64,000 nucleotides of DNA from Botryllus schlosseri. Taxonomy: Eukaryota. Location: contig CM119372.1 in NCBI GenBank assembly GCA_051294905.1, positions 33,482,001 to 33,546,000 of the forward strand, given 5' to 3'. Under the pieces are notes generated by a model that was not told the origin of the DNA, did not search any database, and saw nothing but the letters and a program-made list of their open reading frames with translations. This document shows positions 12,806-24,791 of this stretch, one piece after another (position 1 is the stretch's first letter; every line of letters begins with the position of its first letter). The translations under genes were made by a program, and so were the position numbers.

Positions 12806-14070
12806 ACGGTACTCAACTATGATCATATGTACTTGCATTCAGGCATTTGAAGTAGAGCGATTGGTTTATATTCTGGTGAGAGTATTTGTTAGTTCAAGTA
12901 GTACTATATGTCTGCTGTGGAGCCTGATTTTGGATGGAAAGATATGACTGAAGCAGCTGGGACCCGCAAGGATCAAGATATAGCCTACTGTTTGCTGTGC
13001 TATCGTGCTGACATAAAACAATGTCGCTGCACACATTGGAACTATCTTTTGGGAGAACCTGACATCAAGACTAAACAAACCAGTGCACTTCATTGTTGCC
13101 TTATACAATGCTGATTTTATTAGCACTTCTTCGCAGCTGCGATGGAAATAGATTTGGAAAATCACACGCGATTTTGACTAATAGTTGATTTCACATTTGC
13201 GCTATTTAGGGAACTAAGAGAAGTAACTATCAATTAAATCTTAGAGCAGCTCAACCGCAGTGACAAGATCGGTCATCCTATACCCAGAGGTGGTCAACGT
13301 AGTCATTGTTGGGAACCGAGTAGAAGTAGAAGTAACTCCGTAATTTATACTCCAGTACAACTAGAACTAATTACTTCCAAGACAGGTTAAAAGTACTTCA
13401 AATGGAAGTAGAAATGAATTTCTGAAAAGTAGTCAAGAAATTCGTTACATGAAGTAGATTTGGTTGAGGGTTGCATAGTTATAGAAATTTATGCCAGGTG
13501 ACAACTGTTAACATTGTGCGGCGCATCTTCTTGGTCAACGCAAAAGAGTAATTGCACTACAAATAGGTGCAATTTTCAAAAATTGATTTAGTTGCCGTGG
13601 TACTGCGGGGCTATTATGCCCAGTTGTTATGACAACCTCATGCTTGAAGGGGAGTCAATCATGCGCCAAAGCTACTTTCTAGTTGACAAGATCTCAAATC
13701 TGACAAAAAGGTCAAGTAGAAGTGGGAGTAGCCTAAACTCATAATGACGCGAGTACTCAGGTAAAATAGTACTTCGCTGCTGACCCCCTCTGTACATTGG
13801 TTCAACCAACTCAGAAACATCCTCTAAAGACGACGAACATTGTTTCTGTTGCATTGACTTCATAATATTCTGAACAAATGATATTCTTTGATTCATTGAA
13901 TTTACAAATATACTTGGAAAGAAGTGCTATTTATTAATTTTTGTTTTGCATTCGATACCCAGAGCATAAAAAAATAGTTGAAGAATGCATGTCAACCTTA
14001 TCAAGTTCAATAACTGCCGACACTTTATGCCCATGCCTTTTCCTCTGCCTCCATAGCCACTTGTCTAGAC

Positions 14071-15180
14071 CAGTGGTTCCCAACCTGTGGTACGCGTACC
14101 ACTAGTGGTACGCGAAGGTCTTCCAGGTGGTACGCAAGTAGATTTTGTTTTTTCGACCGATGGAAGTTATTAGTTTAGGTGGGGTTGATTTTGAATTTTT
14201 TTGACTAGTGGTAAAAAAACAATTCCATGCATCTCATCAACCCGGGCTGATAATGCCTAGTTTAATAGAATTTGCTATTACTAGGGCGATTGTTTTGTCA
14301 AAATTGACGTGTCAAGTCAAAAAATTGTCAAAATTGTTCACAGAGTCAAAAAATTTTTGACCCCTCCATTTCGTTTGCATCGTAGATTTTGTAGACGGCC
14401 CATTGTCTGCTCATCGTGGATCATAAACTGTCAAACGAAACAAATAGGTTGACAATTGACACGGTATTATGGTCAACGTACCGCAATATCCTAACTGAAG
14501 CAAGACTACTTGGGAATTTCATTGTTCTTTTATCAAGAAGCGCATGATGAAAGATTGTGATGTACGACAGCATTGTCAGAATGAAGCAACATGGTGTGTC
14601 ACCAGAGCAGTGTACGCACAACTTCAGTGTTGTCAGCCAACAACTACTGCTGTTGAACAGTTCTCCATTATTGGCAAGCTACTTAGTAAGGACAGACACT
14701 TTCTACCCGAGAATGTGGGAAAGTATATTTTGTTGTACTACGACAAATTTTAAATAACTCTACCTTAATACGTGGTGTAACTACTGGGTCAGATATCGCT
14801 AAAATAAAGTTTTTGATGTCAAAATTTGTCAGTTTTTAAGTCAAAAACGCTTTATCAGGCCAAACTACTTCGTAAGAACAGACAGTCCCAACCAGAAATG
14901 AATATAAGTAGTGCAATTTTAACATTATGCGCTAGAACACCTAATTTGCGTACGTGAGGTCAAAATTAAGTTCTAAATTCTAGGTCAAAATCCTACGATT
15001 TTTAGGTAAAATATCGCCCTATTTATTACACCTCACATAGGTCAAATACGTGATTATGACGTCATGAATGATGGAAAAAAAATCGACCGCCCACGGCGTG
15101 CGTAAATTATGTAGGTGGTACGCGAGCACTGCAAAAAACCTCGAAGTGGTACGTGGGTGGAGAAAGGTTGGGAACCACTG
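14071..15180 (+). mobile_element. hAT (Charlie-like) MITE
   Basis: TIRs CAGTGGTTCCCAACCT / AGGTTGGGAACCACTG; perfect TSD GTCTAGAC. Confidence 0.9.
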
Positions 15181-17772
15181 GTCTAGACGGATTCATGGCA
15201 TCTACGGAAGAGCGCTTATCTTGCTGTACGAAAATGAAATATTATTTTCAAAGCAGACATCAGCATCGGGAAAGAAGTTCCGGACAGTTAGTCAGTGGTC
15301 AGATCATCTGCTGAAATTTCTGTCGGCATGAAACCACACTACCTTTTACCGCATGACCAAATTTTATGCGGTGATCATAATTGGCTCCAGGCTGAATTTT
15401 TTACGAGGGCATCATCAATTTCTTAGTTGCCTATGTTCGGCTCTCTTGGGATAATCCATCAGATCATTAATTCGTATACATGTAGTAAAGCAATGTCTTG
15501 AAACTCAATATATTTGCAATGTGCCAAACAGTAAAGTAATCCAATCCAAGCAATCAATCAAGTAATCCAGACAGTTTGTTGCATCATCAGCTGGAGCTGA
15601 TGATCATTTTTCTTCGGGTAGTGGCACTTGGCAGCATGATCAATAACTTGGGTATATGTAATATAGGTATAGAGGTCTAAATATGTTGAATTGTTTAACT
15701 GAGAAGCCATACAATAGCATAGGATGTTTAATATATATATTGTATGTAGCATGTTGCATGAATTCCTAACACATCAACATACTGGCAGTCATTAATCAAT
15801 TGTCTCTTCAGGCTTACAAATAGCGGTATCCTATATATATTGCAAACGATATCAATCATCAAAATACTGCAATGATTACCAACTACCACTATACAATACA
15901 ACTATAGTAGGCTATAAGTATACTATCCACACCTAACTTAATGCTGCATTAAATATCACGTAGTCAATCAATCTGTGCTAATAAAATCAGCATTGTACAA
16001 GGCAACAATGAAGTGCACTGCTTTGTTTAGTCTTGATGTCAGGTTTTCCCAAAAGATACTTCCGATTGTTCAGCGTCATTGTTTTATGTCAACACGACAG
16101 CAGAGCAGACAGTATATCCTGATCCTTGCGGGTCCCAGCTGCTTCAGTCATATCTTCCATCCAAAATCAGGCTCCACAACAGACATATAGTACTACTTGA
16201 ACTAACAAATACTCTTACCAGAATATAAACCAATCGCTCTGCATCAAATGCCAGAATTTATGTACATATGATCAGAGTTGAGTACCGTAATACGACTACG
16301 TTACCGAGGGATTTCTGCGTAATTCTGACGATGTCATTCGAAATGCTTTGTACAGGACTGACGTCTAGCATAGGTGAATCTCTGATGACATCCACAACAA
16401 ATTTCTGAAACGTTTACAACCAGAAATCAACAGTACATTATGCGTTATTTAGGACTGAAGTAGGTGCGCGAGAAAGTAGCTTGCTAACCAATTTGTGGTT
16501 GCTATGCGTATTTAGTCACGTGATCGAAGTCCTGCAAATGGCCTATTGGCCGAGAAATGGGTGTAAATGTTAACTTTCTTCGTTCAAGGTTATCTTCAGC
16601 ACTAAATTCAATTGAACAGTTAGTAGACTTGTATGCTCTTCTTTGTAGGATGCAGCATGCAGATAGGGATTGGCGGCAGTTTTTGCATGTTGGTTGATGT
16701 CCGAAAACTTTCTCTTTTGATGCTTATCCATTGGATTATCTGGGTAAAATTCAAAACCTTTACTGACTTTTTAGTAGTTACACTATTTTTTGCTATTTCT
16801 CAAGTTAGCGAGCAACTGATCTCCACCTACATGGTAGACAATAACCGTATACCTGATAGGCGAAAACTACAAGAATTAGTTTGGATACTGCTTATCATCA
16901 AAGCCGACATAATTTCATGCAAAATCCAATTAAAAGAAATATACAGCTCACCTGCTTTCTGTATAAATTTCGAATCCAACAAATTCCCGACAGCGCGACA
17001 CATCTTATTCTCCCTCAACCAACACACCCTCAGCTTACACAAAAGACAAAGACATTTTTCATTGCAATTCGACATGAATAAAGTGGCAGGAGCCAACAAA
17101 CCAAGCATATATTCTGTTGGATTAGTGTGCGATGAACCATAGCTGCAATAATAATGCCTGTGATATTAGATTGCTTTTTCCAATATATGATTTAACGATA
17201 TGATATCATTTTCACTATATGCAGAAATTATCCCTTGTTTTATGCGACCATTATCTCTGTCAGTCGTGTTCATCTCATATCCGGATTGATAGATTGAATA
17301 TGTTCGTTCACCTATGACCTCAAATGTTTTGTTCCAACCCAGTGACCACTGCTGACGAGTCTACTACGGCTGGCTTGTGTTATTTTTGGCGATGACCAAA
17401 AATCTTTGATGAGCAATAAGAAATTTAGCAACCTAAAAGCTGCATACTTAGGAAATCCATAAATTAAACTTCCTTTACATTTTTAAACTTATACGGGCTG
17501 AAACCGGAAGTACGCTACCTAGCTTCTGATTGGTCACTAAGTGTTGTCCTTAGTAACTGCTGATTACGGCGTCGTCAGGTAGGCTGTAGGCTGCGTATTG
17601 CTATGCTATAGTATGGAATAGGGATGTAAACAAAACATTTTGAGGCTATTTTATAGTAATATGAAGTTCCAGTTGCCGTCAGGATGAATCTGCTGATTAT
17701 TCCTCGTGATATTGCCCAATATCTCACTTCTCATTTGTCGCAGTGTCACATTGATAGATATTATAGTAATTC

Positions 17773-19059
17773 ATGGATACGGAGATTATCACACTAGCAG
17801 GTGCATTATCCTTCTTTTCTGAAGATCTGGGCGTTATTGGAAAGGCTGAACTGAAGATTAAATCAAATCATGTAGTTTCATTGAAAATAGACGAGTTCCG
17901 AATTAATGCAAAGATCAGGGCATCATGGAAGGACAAAGAGTACAATGTTATTGTCAATATAGATGGGACAGGCGGTATTAGTAGTGCGGCGTGTGAATGC
18001 CCTCGAGGCAAATGGATCTGCAGTCACATGGCAACAGTAGCCATATACGTAAACAAAAATGGTATGTCGAAAACGGACCTCCCAAATTCATGGATTAAGC
18101 GTCCAAGAGGAGCGCATAAAGAAAATATTCAACCACTGAAAGAGTTATTTCCATCGTCCAAACCATTATACAGTGCCTTGCCAAGAAAATTGGATCTAGA
18201 GGATAGAAAATCCTTCCAAATGAATTTGTTCAAAACTGATACTACGTGCCCGATGAAATGGATTGCTGGCCCTGAGCCCCCATCACACTTAGCATCATCC
18301 GCTAGAATAACAGAAAGTATTTCCGATCTGTTCCCATTATTCCAAGCAGACAGGAACGAATTCTTGCATAAGTGCCGGGTAGAACCTGATCAAATTGCCA
18401 TTGTGGCTGAAGAAACTAAGCTGCAATCCAAATCACAGTTATGGGGTCGGATGCGCAGTCACAGACTGACTGGAAGTAACTTTGGACGGGTCATCAAAGC
18501 CTTTGATAGGCATAGTTGCTCTGGTTCTTACCCCGAGTCGTTATTTAAAACCCTCTGTGGCGAATACAATTTATCGTGCAAAAGTGCGATAATGTGGGGC
18601 CAGATGCACGAGGATGCAGCGGTCAAAGCTTATCAAGACGTCACCGGCAACACTGTTGAGAAGGCTGGGCTATTTCTATTCCCTTGTGGATATCTTGGGT
18701 GCACACCCGATGGCATTATACTTACTGCTGATGGAATGAGAGGAGTATTAGAAATTAAGTGTCCATGGTCTCACCGGAACAAAACTTTTATTCAAATCAT
18801 GACGGAGAAACAAGAAAAAGACACTTCAACATACTTGGATCAGAGCGGTGTACTGAAGAAAAACCACGAATATTGGCATCAAACTCAAGCGGAAATGGTA
18901 GCTACTAAGACATTATGGTGTCACTTTGTACTGTGGACAACAAAAGATATGCGAATCATAACAGTAACAAAGGACAATCATTGGACCGAAGAAAACTTGC
19001 CAAAATTGACCAATTTCTATCTGGATACGTTTTTGCCACACGTCACATCTTCAAAATAA
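17773..19059 (+). CDS. SWIM zinc finger + YqaJ/lambda-exonuclease-like PD-(D/E)xK nuclease, 428 aa
   Basis: SWIM CECPRGKWICSH; YqaJ motifs WGRMRSHRLTGSNFG, WGQMHE, LGCTPDG, LEIKCP, YWHQTQAEM; intact ATG-to-stop ORF. Confidence 0.9.
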   Translation: MDTEIITLAGALSFFSEDLGVIGKAELKIKSNHVVSLKIDEFRINAKIRASWKDKEYNVIVNIDGTGGISSAACECPRGKWICSHMATVAIYVNKNGMSKTDLPNSWIKRPRGAHKENIQPLKELFPSSKPLYSALPRKLDLEDRKSFQMNLFKTDTTCPMKWIAGPEPPSHLASSARITESISDLFPLFQADRNEFLHKCRVEPDQIAIVAEETKLQSKSQLWGRMRSHRLTGSNFGRVIKAFDRHSCSGSYPESLFKTLCGEYNLSCKSAIMWGQMHEDAAVKAYQDVTGNTVEKAGLFLFPCGYLGCTPDGIILTADGMRGVLEIKCPWSHRNKTFIQIMTEKQEKDTSTYLDQSGVLKKNHEYWHQTQAEMVATKTLWCHFVLWTTKDMRIITVTKDNHWTEENLPKLTNFYLDTFLPHVTSSK

Positions 19060-19250
19060 TTTCTTCCTGATCTGGCTATCATTAATTTTGACTGAATATA
19101 CTCATACTCAATTTCATAAGCTATCTTTGTTTGTTCATTCAGGAAAGACACAATCAACAAAAGAGATCTGCGGTTTCCAAAATATCAGCTGAAGCTGTAG
19201 GCACTACAACTATTTTGATTCAAGACAATACGAGAAATTCTGCATTGAAT

Positions 19251-21042
19251 CTAAACTGGGTTATTTGATTCAAGGTATCGCTCAAATACTCCTTGAATGG
19301 TTGGAGACTGCAAATTTACTAGAACTCCACATAGTTGCACCAGCTTATCTACGAAAGGTCTCTTTGTGCTAGTAATCAAATTTAAAATTTTATAATTGCG
19401 GATTCTTTCTATAGCTCTCTCGACATGTATTCTACAAGAAGCTATCTTTTTGCAGAACTTTGCCTCATTCTCGGTAAATTGCTTCTTTCCTGCTAGGAAT
19501 GGTGGCAGATTCAACGAAACTCCGCTTGGCATCAATTCATGAATGACAAATCCTTTGTCTGCCAGAACTAAATCCCCGGCCTGTTATAAAGAAGCATCAT
19601 ATAATCTTACGGATTACAATGTTTAAATAGCTAAATAATATTCAATGGAACGCCTGGAGCTAACCTTATTTCAGACTTGGACTTATTGTCATCAAATAGT
19701 AATTCAAATTTCATGAAACAATAATTTGATTCATTCTGAAAGCCTCCAACTTTAATATCCTAAATAGACGATATGTGTCTGTCTATAATAATCTGTCTAT
19801 GATTCGAATGCTGATACAGACCTGGAAATGTTGTAATACTCCTGAAAGCTTGGTGATCATTTTGTCACTGGTACTTCCAGGGTATCCATCACTAATGAAA
19901 GTTATTGCTCCATTGGGAGCTACTCCAATTAGATATTTAGCTGTCAGTCGTTTCTTGTAGTTACTGAAACTTGAGCAAGCTGCTTCAAGATCTTTTCTTG
20001 GGGTTTCTATGAAGAATTCTGTGCAGTCTATAATCATGCGGCAATTTGAAATCCCATGAAACTTCTGAGGAGTTGTGCACAAATGCTTGGCAACCGATGG
20101 AACTTGGTTCAAAAATTCTTTGAAAAATAGCTCATGCATGACATGCAAGTACGTCAAAAATATGTTATTGATTGAGGTATGGCTCAGATTGAACAGTTTT
20201 GCTAAAAAAACACTTGGCAGGTCGAATTTCATTTTCAGGAGCATTATGAGCAGCTGGTCAGAAGTGCTCACAGATTGCACAATTTTGCCGGTCCAGTAAG
20301 TCAAAGGCTGGAATCGGTCAATCTGCTTTACAATAAGTTCAAAAATATCTTTACTTAGTCCAGTGAAATTATGAACTTCAGCATTGGTCATATTTGTTGC
20401 TGACAGTATTCGTGATGACTGTGCAGCCATAGAGAGGAGTGTTGCCTCGGTGTCGCACTTCAGCTGATCAAGTTGTTGCGCCTGGCTTCTGGTTTTATCC
20501 ACAAGGGCAGCAATCACACTATGGGCAACAGCTATTTCTCCTTTAAGCTTTTCCAACTGCTCTTGCTGTGGAATCTTTTCCAGTTCCTCTTGCTTTGGTA
20601 TGTATTGTTCTTCTGATGGGATAGTGATGGTACTGTCATTTACAGAACTACCACTGGATTTGCTGGATACCATAACTGTGCTGCAACTTGGCTTTTCATC
20701 AGCAGTCACTGTTCCACTAGCACGCTGAGATGTACAAGTTTTACGCTGGTATATTCGTGTATCCCTTTCCTCACCTCGAAGATTGCAGCTTGGCACAGCA
20801 TCCTTTTTCAATCTCTTTTTTTGAAACTCATCTGGTACATCTGACAATCTTTTACGGCTGTAATCTTCAACTCTGAAATGATACGAGCACACTAGAGAAG
20901 TAGGGCAGGGTGACCAATTTTTTCTATTAATCCTATTAATCCACATCTTTTCAAGCTTTTTATCTTTTGGAAATTGGTGAAACGATCGACCCGGATTTCT
21001 TTTGTGCGTGGCTGCACACCCAAATACAACACAATGCACCAT
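19251..21042 (-). CDS. THAP-domain, HTH, DDE_Tnp_4 (Harbinger/ISL2EU) transposase; two exons, 21042-19822 and 19580-19251, ~516 aa
   Basis: THAP motif C-x4-C...FP...W...CSYHF...AVP; catalytic IIDCTE / LADKGF / HVERAI. A 241-bp phase-0 intron (19581-19821, CAG|GTCTGT...TTTATAACAG|GCC) joins HFQ to AGDLVLADKGF in frame. Confidence 0.9.
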
Positions 21043-21639
21043 AGTGATTACAGCAACAGTGTGCTGTAAAGCTCTCTTCAACAAATTATACGCTCTTAAA
21101 AATATACCTATTTATAGGAATAAGAGATCGTTTCAAATTCAACTAAAATCGCAGAAATACACATTACCGTGACAAAATAGTATGTATTATTATTATAGCG
21201 AAACTTTATCACCAGACACTCCGTAATCCTAACATCTCTTTTGCAGTTTCATGGCAAATGTTCGTAGTATCATACTATCATACGCAAAAACCATAATAAC
21301 AGTCGCGGCGCTTGCGTTGCTATCGGCAGTTGCTAACGCCTAGACGCATTGTCCAATCAGAATGCGTCCTTACAAACTTCCGGTTTCAGCCCGTATTGCT
21401 TTGCAAGAAAATGTTGGTACAGTAATTGTTTCAAAGAAAAATGCAGGTACACGTACCGGTAACGTTTTCTATTACTACGTGGGGCTGACCAAATCTAGAA
21501 GTGATTCTATTCAAGATTGCAAGTCTGGTGTCAATCATTATTATCTCATAACAGTTTTTATGAATTATAAATATGAATATCTTATGCCATAGAAGAAGAA
21601 GCAGAAAATATCGACTTTACGGCCGTAAGAAGATGGGGA

Positions 21640-22170
21640 ATTTGGTGCAGATGGTCCATCGATGACATAGCGGACTTTGATACGGCCATAATATGCTGAA
21701 ACTAGGATCTAAGTGGAAAAGATGTCTGAAGAGGGAAACGCCATCCTAAGTGGGAAAGATGTCTGAAGAGGGGAACGCCATCCATTCGAGTTCCGGGCTA
21801 ATCTGATAGAGGATTGCCGAATGTCCATCGGGGACATAGCGGACAGTGATACGGTCATAATATGCTGAAACCAGGATCATAAATATGTAGAAAACAATTC
21901 TAAGGAGAGGAAAGGCCAACCATGCATGTTCCAGGCTAATTTGACAGAAGATTGCCCAATGTCCATCGATGACATAGCTGACAGTGATACGGTCATAATA
22001 TTCAGAAACCAAGGTCATAAATATGTGGAAACCATCTCTGAAGATCTGGGAAAGCCAACTATGCGAGTTCCAAGCTAATCTGGGGGAAGATTGCCCAATG
22101 TCCATCAATTACATAGCGGATATGCGGATACGGTCATAATATGCTGAAACCTCAATCAAAATATGTGGAT
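21640..22170. repeat. Tandem repeat, ~138-139-bp unit, about 4 copies
   Basis: GATTGCCxAATGTCCATC...GATACGGTCATAATA..GAAAC recurs at 21812, 21950 and 22089, with a degenerate copy near 21650. Confidence 0.8.
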
Positions 22171-22977
22171 AATGGAAATTTTGATGCTCGGTTCATACGC
22201 TTGTCATGGTGCCGTTAACTCCATAAATGGCAAACAAAGAGTCCTCGAATTAATAACATATACTGCAATGAATGTATTGCCTTGAAAAAATATACCTGTT
22301 ACTATAAATATATACCTACTCCACGTATATTGTACAATTTTCTGTCAATGCTAATATAATATAGTGAAGAAGCAGATTAGAGTATTCTTTTGAAGTTATC
22401 GCAAAACTAGAATAATCAATTTGCAAAAAATTTCAAACATTTGGGGATGCGGTCGCATCCGTCGCATACCCCTCCCATACGCTGGTGTTTCAGAGTGAGA
22501 GCCCCTTGTACATAAAATAAGTTTTGAAGCATTGTGCACGAAATGAATAACTTGCATTTGAGAGATGATACTATCTCGTGTTGTGGTTCACAACCTCACA
22601 TGAACGTTGTATAATATGAGTTTCTTTATTTGGAATACATTCATGTTAAAATTAATAACTGGGTACAGTACTAAATTCAATGTGAGCAGATATATGCATC
22701 CAATTCTCAATTGACTTACTTATAGTTACACAAAGCACTAAAACAAAATCCAACACCATTAATTTCCCGTATTGCCAATCGCCGATGTGAGTTCGGGAGG
22801 ATTCGAACCACAGGGTATGAGACCGTACCCGATTGTTGATATATCAACCCCCTGAATATATAACACACACAATTAATATATGGTTTATTATAGTCGAATG
22901 GTCCTCGAGCGCGATTGAAGCGCGAAATATTTCCAATACCAAAGTCCCAAGAAGACCGACTGAACTTTAACTCTTAC

Positions 22978-24791
22978 CAAGACCGAAACTGCTGCAACCC
23001 AAACCCCTTATCGGTTAGCTCGAAGGGTGCCCTAAATTATTTCTGTGAATGAACATAAATTAAACTTCATGTTTTTGCGACTCCCCCACGAGAGAATACG
23101 CATAATTATAGAAAATAGAAATAGGCATTTCGGCGTCGGCCAGTACCACGCCACGATGCACGAAGACATATGAAGTTCCGGTGAATATGGGACTCCGAGA
23201 AGTGTGTCAAAAAGATCGTCAACGAGAAAACCTTAGCCAAAGAGGATTGCCCATATGTTGAGCGTAAACTTCGATGTATATAAGTCTAACTGTCCATATG
23301 CGCTCAAATCGCTCGTGCCGAATTATGAGGTCGTCGCAATCTGCACCCCACAGGACAATAACATCTATCAGAAAAAATTATTTGCCAGTGACGAAACCCT
23401 TACTTTAGTTTAATACGTTTATGCGTTTCAATATCTTTTGACTATATAGCGGACAGGAGGTAACAAAATAACAACTTGTAGCGAAGTAGTTGTACCAACG
23501 GGCACGCCCGAATATGTTTAAATAATAATTACGTGGCTTTCATTTTCCTAGACAACAGCTCACTCAGCGCTACTGGTAATTCTGATTACGTGGACTGAGA
23601 GGATAAAAAGTTTATAGCGACATATATATGCAATTACCACCTAGGGGAGATGTGGTACCGATGGATCGAAAATTGCAAAATGATCTCTGGCCCTCAAATC
23701 TCCAGCCGAGAATAGCAGATCTTTTGCTGTCTCAACACTTCGATATAAGCTCTACCTATCGCGGACATTTACATGAATATCCGCCGTTTAAAAAAATATT
23801 TATGAACGTTTAAAATTTGTTGCTCGAACGTGTCATCGGTCCCCGCCCGGTGGGTCCAAAGGCACACGACCATGGGACCTATGAGACACGCTCAATAACT
23901 CAGGTTTGTTAACTTGTTTTGTTGTGTACTATAAGCTAAGCTACAACAAGCCAATGAAGAATGTTTCGTCGCGACCTTCAAGAATAAAATAGATTATATC
24001 AACTCAAATGTTGGCATAAAATCATGTTTTGATTTACGCCTAAACTTACAAAATTAATGCCACATACATATAACCCGCAAATCGACATTTTGACTTTCAA
24101 ATACCTCCAAATTGCGATAAAACATCACAGGTAACTATGATATACAGCCTATATATATGTAAGCGAGTTTCTGTTGTTAAGTTTAAAGTTGGTCCATCTA
24201 TTTTGCTTGATTTGGCTATGGTACCATAGGTCCTCCACCCCATAAATATTGTAATTGACTTGAAAATAGTCCACTCGAGGATGGTATTGATTCTGAAAAT
24301 ATGTGCCATTATATACCCAGATACAAGCCCTATACTTCACATCAAAAATTATGGCGGGTTTGTTAGTCTGAAAGGTAATATAGAAAAATGCAAATGTCGA
24401 TCCAAATTTATTTTACACCTCCTAAAACGTAAATCATTCGTCACAGACCCCATAACTCACGAAGGTCGAATTTTTTTTGCATGTGAGGAAAGATTCTGTC
24501 TGCATGTAATTGTAGCCAAATTCACGGAGTGTATTCATGGAATTATCATGGAGAATTCTTCAAGTATTTTCGGACCCAGTGATCCATCGGTACCACATCT
24601 ACCCTATTCATTCATGCATTATTGAAAAATTTTGCGCCTAGGGCGACCAAGTCACATACACTTTGCTGACCATCGAAATCACGCGACGGGGTTTTTGGGA
24701 GCTAAACCCCAAGAAGTTTGGTTTATCACGCTATGTGTGCGCAAGACAATCGTTTTTTTAAGGGGGTTGACGAAGTGCTGTTACGTCCCTC
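22978..24791. mobile_element. hAT MITE, same family as 11607-12805, inverted
   Basis: Ends CAAGACCGAAACTGCTGC / GAAGTGCTGTTACGTCCCTC; flanks ACTCTTAC / CCGCTTAC (6/8); internal similarity to the reverse complement of 12100-12780. Confidence 0.6.

Larger units (their letters stand above)
11343..16544. mobile_element. Non-autonomous ISL2EU-like element with ~570-bp TIRs
   Basis: Ends AGGCCATTTGCAGGACTTCGATCACGTGACT / AGTCACGTGATCGAAGTCCTGCAAATGGCCT, flanked by AT on both sides. Arms are 11343-11606 + 12814-13126 and 15975-16544. Confidence 0.8.
17493..21394. mobile_element. Apparently autonomous ISL2EU-type (PIF/Harbinger-related) DNA transposon with two convergent genes
   Basis: Perfect 19-bp TIRs ACGGGCTGAAACCGGAAGT (17493-17511, 21376-21394); AT duplication at 17491-17492 and 21395-21396; encodes a DDE transposase and a YqaJ-like nuclease. 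Confidence 0.92.
9155..22487 (-). mobile_element. Internally deleted hAT (Tip100/ZMYM1-like) element, ~2.9 kb core, hosting three large insertions
   Basis: TIRs CATAGGTGTATGGGAGG / CCTCCCATACGCTGGTG; flanks ATTGAGAG / TTTCAGAG (6/8); carries a transposase remnant (next feature). Confidence 0.65.

Noticed and set aside
16633..17142. 169-aa ORF and the antisense Cys-rich 93-aa ORF
   Set aside because: No recognisable domain. It may be decayed 5' coding sequence of the host hAT element, but I cannot support that.
19251..19535. Separate small 94-aa gene
   Set aside because: It is exon 2 of the transposase, joined by a canonical GT-AG intron.
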